NCBI GenBank assembly: GCA_001244265.2
Contig: LN717261.1
Coordinates: forward strand, 3,239,591 to 3,303,590
Direction: 5' to 3'
DNA: 64,000 bases
From: Microbotryum violaceum
Lineage: Eukaryota
Under the pieces are notes generated by a model. The model worked only from the letters and a program-made list of their open reading frames with translations, ran no database searches and was not told the DNA's origin. Both the position numbers and the translations under genes were made by a program. Positions 57,445-64,000 of this stretch are shown one piece after another (positions within the stretch are counted from its first letter, which is position 1; each line of letters opens with the position of its first letter).

Positions 57445-59341
57445 CTACCTGTCCCTGCGACGGGTGTGCGTACCTTGACCTCCAAAAACCTTCTCCTTCG
57501 AAGCGATCGAGTTTCGTTCGCTAATCATCCGAGAATCACGCCACGCCGCTTCGAGCAAGATCACGAACGCTTGCGCTTCGGGACTTTGATCCGTTCGTTG
57601 GTACCAACTCAGTGGATTCTGGGTAGCCAATCGGGAAAATGGAAGAATGAGTGAGTGCGCAACCCAAAAAACAAGAGGAGGCATCCTCAACGCGTGCGCG
57701 TTTGACTTTGAAGTACTCACGACGCAACCTCTCAACCATCCTGTCTTTGGATCAATCTTGTCGTTGATTTTAGAACGGATCTTTTCGGCTTTCGCTAGCG
57801 TGGTCGAAGGTTTCCTGATCATCCCGAGTTGATGGAGACGAAATACCGTCGAGGCGAGAAGAGCGCTCGAGGCAGAGTCGGAAAAGTCGTACGGATCGTC
57901 GAGGTGATTGGGTAAAAGGCCATCCTTCTGTACTCGAAGCAAAAAATGAAAGTTTGATTTAGGTGAGAGAGCAGGGTTCCGAGGATATTTGAGAGGGGTT
58001 TACCTTAACTCTCGCGAATCCGGCTTCGACGATCTCATTCGCCCAAAGAGCGAGATCTCTTATCTCCTCCCAATACATCGCCGTATGGAATGAGTTCGTC
58101 AAGGTAGCAAGTACTCGAGTAATTCCCGCGGCGGCCCAAGCGTTCCCTATGAGGTATCAGACAACCGCGTCATTTAGCTTGCTTTTCAAACTTAGTTCAC
58201 CGAGCAATTTAAGTGAAGCAATGAAGCAATGACTCTGAACCTACCTGTGGCCCAGAGACTTGGATCTTCCCAAGTTCCGTAACGAACGTGTCTCCAGAGA
58301 TGGGTTGAGGTGTCTTGGAGGTGGGAGCGGTAAAGTTTGATTTGTCTGTAAGATTCGAGGAGGAGGGAGTGGTTCGACGTAGCGATGCCGCGGGCGGCGA
58401 GGAAGGGGGGTACCATGTCTGTAAGGCGCAGGAGATCGTTAGTTGTGGGAATGCGCAGATCATTGGAATTAGGTGAGCTGGAAATTTTACAGATGAAGTC
58501 GGACCTGCGAACGAAAGAAGACTTCGCAAAGTCAAAAAGTCGTCCCCCCCCCCCCCCTTGGCCCGGAAATTCCCCTCGGCAACTGCTCATGAGATCAAAC
58601 TTACCAAAGCTGCGTCACTTCCTTTCGATGACTAATCGCTCCGTCCATCGTCCTCGGAACCTTTTCCAATAGCCACTCTACCTCAGCCTCGATCATCCTC
58701 TCCAATCTCTCCTGCGTCCCTTCATCCGTCGTCGTCGCCTGCGCGATCATCCAAGCATAACCCAAACTAGCCGGATCACCCGCAGCGCCACCTTTGATCA
58801 CTGCGAATTGCTCATCATCAGGACCTAACCTCTCCAACCAATTTAAAACGATACGATTTGAAGAATTCGGGAAAGATGATTCGAGTATTACCCGGTCACG
58901 AGAGGATTTGGGGGTAAAGGGGTTGAAAACGTAAGGGTTGAAGACAGTGAGTTGAGGTTGATCGAGTTCGAGATAAGCTTCGGTTTGGGTACCAGAGACC
59001 CAGCTGGGAAGAAAGAAAGAAGAGTTCGAGTCGTATCGCCGATGAGCAATCCAGTAGGCACGTGAAGGGGAATTCTGCGCGGTTTGCGCGAATTGGACTC
59101 GGACCACTTCATCATGGAGGGGCGACTCGGAGAGCCAGGCGCGAACTCACACATCACGAGCGACCAAATCGAGCCTCTCCCTCACTTTTCCGAGCGTTCG
59201 GGAATCCAAACCAGAGTTAGTTAATAAAGAGTGGGAAGTGGGTATCGTAGCTGCGAGAACCAAGGCCAGAGGGTTCCATGGCAAGCAGAGAAAAGCTCCC
59301 CACGAACGCAAGAACCGACGGCTTGTTGAATGAGAAAGCAT
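57445..59341 (-). CDS. Six-hairpin glycosidase, GH105/GH88-like, probably secreted (multi-exon)
   Basis: GAAGDPASLG, VPRTMDGAISHR...QLW, DMVPPFLA, LWRHV...WATGNAWAAAG..RVLAT, DSASSALLA, SPEAQAF, with a hydrophobic N-terminal stretch. Confidence 0.82.
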
Positions 59342-60111
59342 TTGCTCCGAGGCTGGGTATGAAGTGGGGTGCAAGAGAACAAGAACCAGCCTGGGAGGTT
59401 TAGTTAATTTGGCGAACGCGACCTGTAGAATCTCCGAATAAGATTGGGCAATCGGGCGTCGATCCCCCTCCACCCCCCCCCCAATGTCTCCTGTCCGGGA
59501 AAGCGCAACCGATTGCTCCTCACGGTGGCTGTTTGACCTGCTCCAGGCTTTGTTGGCATTAATTTTTGATATACAACTGTATGCAAGAGATACTTTTTGA
59601 ATCAAACGTGCAATTCAGTGCACAGCGTGCAGCCCAGTTCCATCATGGACAAGCCGGCACCCATTCGCACCCCTGAAAGCAGGGCGATCCTAATAGGAGG
59701 GATCGAGCGTACGCCTAAAATACGTTAGCGCACGTTCAGGAATCGGTAGAGATCGACAAGCGCCCCCGCAATGGGGTGAGGCTCAAGTGAAAGGAAGTAT
59801 TAAAAGGGGCAGTGGTTTGAACTCTATATCATCCTTCACGAGTTTCAATAACCTGTAGAGAGGGAGCGTTTCCGTGATCCCATGCTGCCCTCCCTTGAGC
59901 AGGCTGTACGCACATCTCTCAAGACTCGTCACGAAGCAAAATATTTTCCCATTCATTACACAAGGAGGAAAGCCAAACAATCCAGCAGGAATTGATCTCT
60001 AGAGAGAGAGGGAGGAGAAAGGAAACACCGAGTGGCGTCGGGTTCGTAATGTTCTATAAGGAAAGGGGAGTATCACCATTTTCTCTTGTGAAGCAGTGTT
60101 ATGGATGGCAT

Positions 60112-62982
60112 TCACACGAAATCGATGGGCTCGCCCTTGTGGCCTTCCGAGAGGAGGACAACGGCGTACTGCAAGTGAGATGGAAAAATCAGTCAGTCAG
60201 TGATACTGCGACGACGGCAAAATTAAGCTAAAGTGGAACATACCTTGGCCGAGATCTTCCATCCGGGCTCCTCCTTGTCCAAACGAGCACCCTCCTCAGC
60301 GGGGATACCAACGACGACATCACTCTTGATCGTGCGGAGCGTCAGGACGGGAGGTGCGCCGGCGTCAGAGCCGAGGGGACCGATGGCGACGTCGAAGGGG
60401 GTGTCGTGAGGGGCGTGGCAATCGTAGGTCAATTTGCGGTGGTTGAGATCACCCTTGAAAATGACGAGGTCCGAGTCGGCGAGGTGGAGGAAAAGATCAG
60501 GGGCCTCGCGCTTCAAGTGCCAGTAGGTCCACTGAGAATCAACGGTGCCCGGCTCTGGTCAACTGGCAGTTCAAGAGGCACGAGTCGGGCCATTAAAGAA
60601 GAATGCTTACGCCGGAGATCCAGAAGGGGTGCTGCTCATAGACGAAAATGCCCTCCTTGACGTACTTTTGCCAGCGCTGACCCATCAAGCGCAGCGAAGC
60701 GACTTGGTCCTCGCTAGCATCGGGGAAGAGGTGACCGTAGACCGACTGGTTGATGAGCCAGTCGAAATCGGGGCGAGTGACGTCCGACACGAACCAAGCG
60801 AAGCGCTGCAGATGGTACAGAGTTAGGAATCAGTCTTGGGGCTGTAGGGGAGAATCCGATCAGAGTCTGCACTAACCTTGCCGTGGAATCGGACCTGCGA
60901 AGCAAGACCAGATTGGATCAAGAAGTCGGCGTAGACCATGTCGCAGTGCAACTCGAATCCACCGTTATCGAGGACTGGGACCAGTAAGTGCAGCATCTGT
61001 CAGCCGATTGAACATCGTTTACTGCTCGCTCTCCACCTCACTTACCAATATCAATTCGGCCACCCTTCCTGCCGTTACCAAAGTTGGGCGACGAGATCAA
61101 GTCCCAGGCCTTCTCGAGGTGGTTGCCGAGGATGTTCTTCTCGGTCGCGGCGAGGTGATCACCACCGGTCGACTGGAGGTTCTTGATGTCGTCCTCGGTC
61201 ATCTGTTGGATTGCCGAGAAAGAATTTGCGTCAGTGCCGCTCCGTCATGTCAACCTATCCAGCGTTCAAGCAAACTCACGTTGATGAGGAGAGACAAATC
61301 GGTGGCGTTACCCCAGAGGGCGACTTGGGTCAACTCGTGGAAGATGAGCTTCTTGGCCTTGAGCTGGTCCTCGGCTGAGAGCTTCTCGTCGATGACGTAG
61401 GGATCGGCGAAACGGGTCGACAGCTCAAAGACGGCCTCACCGGAGCGAGAGAAGGTCTCGCACTCTGTGAACGTAGACGGTATGGTGAGCGTTCAGTCTC
61501 GACTGCATAATTGAAAGGGCGAGCACTAGCTTTGACGGAAGAAAACATCGTAGCTCTTCCAGAACTTGGAGAGAGAGAAGCACTCATGCAGACTAATGGA
61601 ATGAGCAACGGCGCCGTCAGCCCAATGCCAAATGTCAAAAATTTGCGTTGATGACATACCGACGGTACTTGTAGGCCTCGGCAAACAACCAGGGGGCGTT
61701 CATAAAGTCCTTGCCTCGGTAGCACTGTGGGTCCACGTCGAGCTACGTGAGCACACATAATCTTCTAGCAATGCTCCGACATGACGACCGAGAACATACC
61801 TTGGCGATCTCCTTGTTCCACAAAGGGATATCTCCCTCGCCGTCATCGATGATGGGTCGGAGGGTCGCGTTGCTCTGCAAATCGTCCATCAAGTCCTCCA
61901 TCCTCTCCATGCACTCGACGAGATCCACGATCTTCTCCTCCTCGTACTGTGGGGATACTCGATATGTGAGCAGTCGGATGATAGAATGTGCAGCTTGGGA
62001 AAAAGACTGACCTGTTCGTTGAGGGTTGTCCTGACATCATCGATGGCCTTGGCCAAGATGGTGGGGAGACGATGGCTCATCGTGGCCTGGAGGAAGCAGA
62101 ATAGGGAATTGAGGATCCTCTTCAAGCTCTTGTTCTTGGCCTGAACGGGGCAAGTACTCACGTGAGCGAACGAGTACTCGTGGTACCCTCGGTAGGCGGG
62201 CCATGGCGGGTGGTCAAGCGAGATATTGGAAGGCGTTCGGGGGTGCTATGAACGCGAAAAGAGTGGTCAGTACGTTGCGCAAATCGGCAGCGACGAGTGA
62301 GACGCGATGGAGAGGATGAAGCGAGCACGTGTGCGCGGAACGGAGCTCGGCCTCGAAAAATTCGACTGAATTGCTTCATAATATCCCAACTCTGTGCATT
62401 TCGGGTCTTTATCTGCCGCAAGAGTTGATTTGCTCCAGTTACACGCGCTTCACAAGCGGGCACTGTGGAAACCGGCGACGATAGATCCCGGGCACAGGCT
62501 CGGATGCAGATGCGATGGGGCGCGATGACGTCGTCGTTTCACAGGCGCGGGTCCGCGTGGGTGCCGGGCAAAGCGATCGAGCGACGATTGAGCGAAGTCT
62601 CCATCGCGGAGCAAACGATCACGATCCTACGACCCCACAGTGCAGGTACGATAAGAGGCATGACTGGCGGATTGGATGTGGAAACCGGCTCCAGAACTTT
62701 TGGGAGATGATTCGACCCTTTCATAGTCCTGCGGCGTAAAAGACAAGCTCGCCAACGTGCGATCTCGATCTCGATTCGAGGGGCACATGCGCCAAGCACA
62801 AACACACCCCGCACCATCAACACATACAGACGTTCAGCTTTCGGAGGGCTCACCAAAGGTTTGCCGAAACCAGTCTCGTTCCTAGGTGGCAACGACTGCA
62901 AGACGAGGCCGACCTTTTTGGGAACGTTCGCTCCGGCCGAGTGGCCCGATCCTGGGTTCCCGGAAGGCACTTGGAGGGACAT
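60112..62982 (-). CDS. ARMT1: DUF89/ARMT1-like damage-control phosphatase (multi-exon; first exon uncertain)
   Basis: [67 protein letters not shown]. Confidence 0.88.
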
Positions 62983-64000
62983 CTTTGTTGCTGCTATGCT
63001 CGAGCCGAGTTGTTTTGTCAGGTGAGGTGTCCTTGGACTGGAAGATTGAAGGGAAGGGAGAGCGAGAGAGCCGATGCGTGAAGTTCGGGAGGGAGAGTTC
63101 GGGAGGGAGAGAGTTCGGCATGTCGTCTGAGCGACTGGTGCGGACGACGCTGGCGGGCAAGCGCGGGCAAGGACCTCTTGATGGGCGGGCAGCATCGGGC
63201 AGCAGAGCCAGCAGAGCAAGCCGAGCTCAAGCGTGCGCGCCAGCGTGGCCCACCCCTTCTCATCATCACGATCGCCCGGACTGTTTTCTCGTCCTCTGCA
63301 CGCACCAGAATGTGCTAACCAGCGCGCTTGTACCGGCTCGACTAGTCGAAATGCCCGCCCGCTCATCTACATCTACATAAAAGAATGCATTAATCATAGC
63401 ATTTCACAAACCTCACAGGCAAAGTAGTTGTCAACCCGACGCCGCTCCGATCGATCGAGGTCGGTCTCAGTCGACGACACCCCTCTGCGTTCAAATGCCC
63501 CTACCGCCCACGGACGATGCAGGGTCCGCTCCCAAACGCGGATTAAAAGACCTCTCAGACATGATGTGAGACATTACACAGGATGTGAGACATTACAATT
63601 CCCAACTTGTATACAACTCCCTCCAGTCGTAAGACCTGACGGTGAAAATTAAACCTACTATCGTCCGGGACGGACCGGGTTCTGGAAATTCCGAGATGGG
63701 TAGGTTTCAAGTGGAAAAAATAAATGGGAGTGCTTCGGGGTTATGACATGTGAAACATTGGCCAGCCGACGACTGCCGACGAGAGCCGACGGAACCTCAA
63801 CGCTCCAGCTCCACGGGCGCGGCGCTAATAACCGGCGCCGGCGATCGTGATCGCCTTCAAACGATCGGGCATCGAGCCATTGTTCGAGCTGGGCGCCGTG
63901 CAGTGCACCCACCATTGAAGGCAACTGCTGGATGTTCTCGGAGCTTTTATCTCGTGTGATCGGTAGTGTGGTGCGATGTTTCGGAGAAGGAATGCAAGGT

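Noticed and set aside
63563-63597. 16-bp direct repeat GATGTGAGACATTACA
   Set aside because: Isolated two-copy micro-duplication with no supporting context.

Overview
Intron-rich eukaryotic DNA, inferred to be a basidiomycete fungus (Microbotryomycetes-like; not provable from this window alone). Bases 1 to ~43.9 kb are a nested transposable-element graveyard. It holds three Ty1/copia elements (A 8145-12979; C 24476-34349 with B 25059-30256 nested inside it), four solo or degenerate LTRs, a tyrosine-recombinase (DIRS/Ngaro-type) RT remnant, a Helitron remnant, three pieces of a pogo-like TA-targeting element, and four copies of an unexplained ~2.5-3 kb repeat. It also holds a 15.3-kb unit with 262-bp TIRs that carries a spliced gene ending in a USP-like cysteine-protease domain. 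From ~44.2 kb onward are host genes: a 4-exon Hmp1/CsbD-like gene missed by the ORF track, an ERCC6L2/Rad26-like SNF2 ATPase, RPL28, a 2-KH protein, an uncharacterised protein, a GH105-like hydrolase and a DUF89/ARMT1-like phosphatase. The most striking observation is that LTRs of three different families share one architecture: unit1-AG|GTTAGT-spacer-unit2(branch site...AG). This is a canonical-looking 83-97 nt spliceosomal intron whose 3' part duplicates the upstream exon. Related LTRs lack exactly this intron. The pattern suggests an intron that is spliced from the RNA and rebuilt during reverse-transcription strand transfer (hypothesis, untested).
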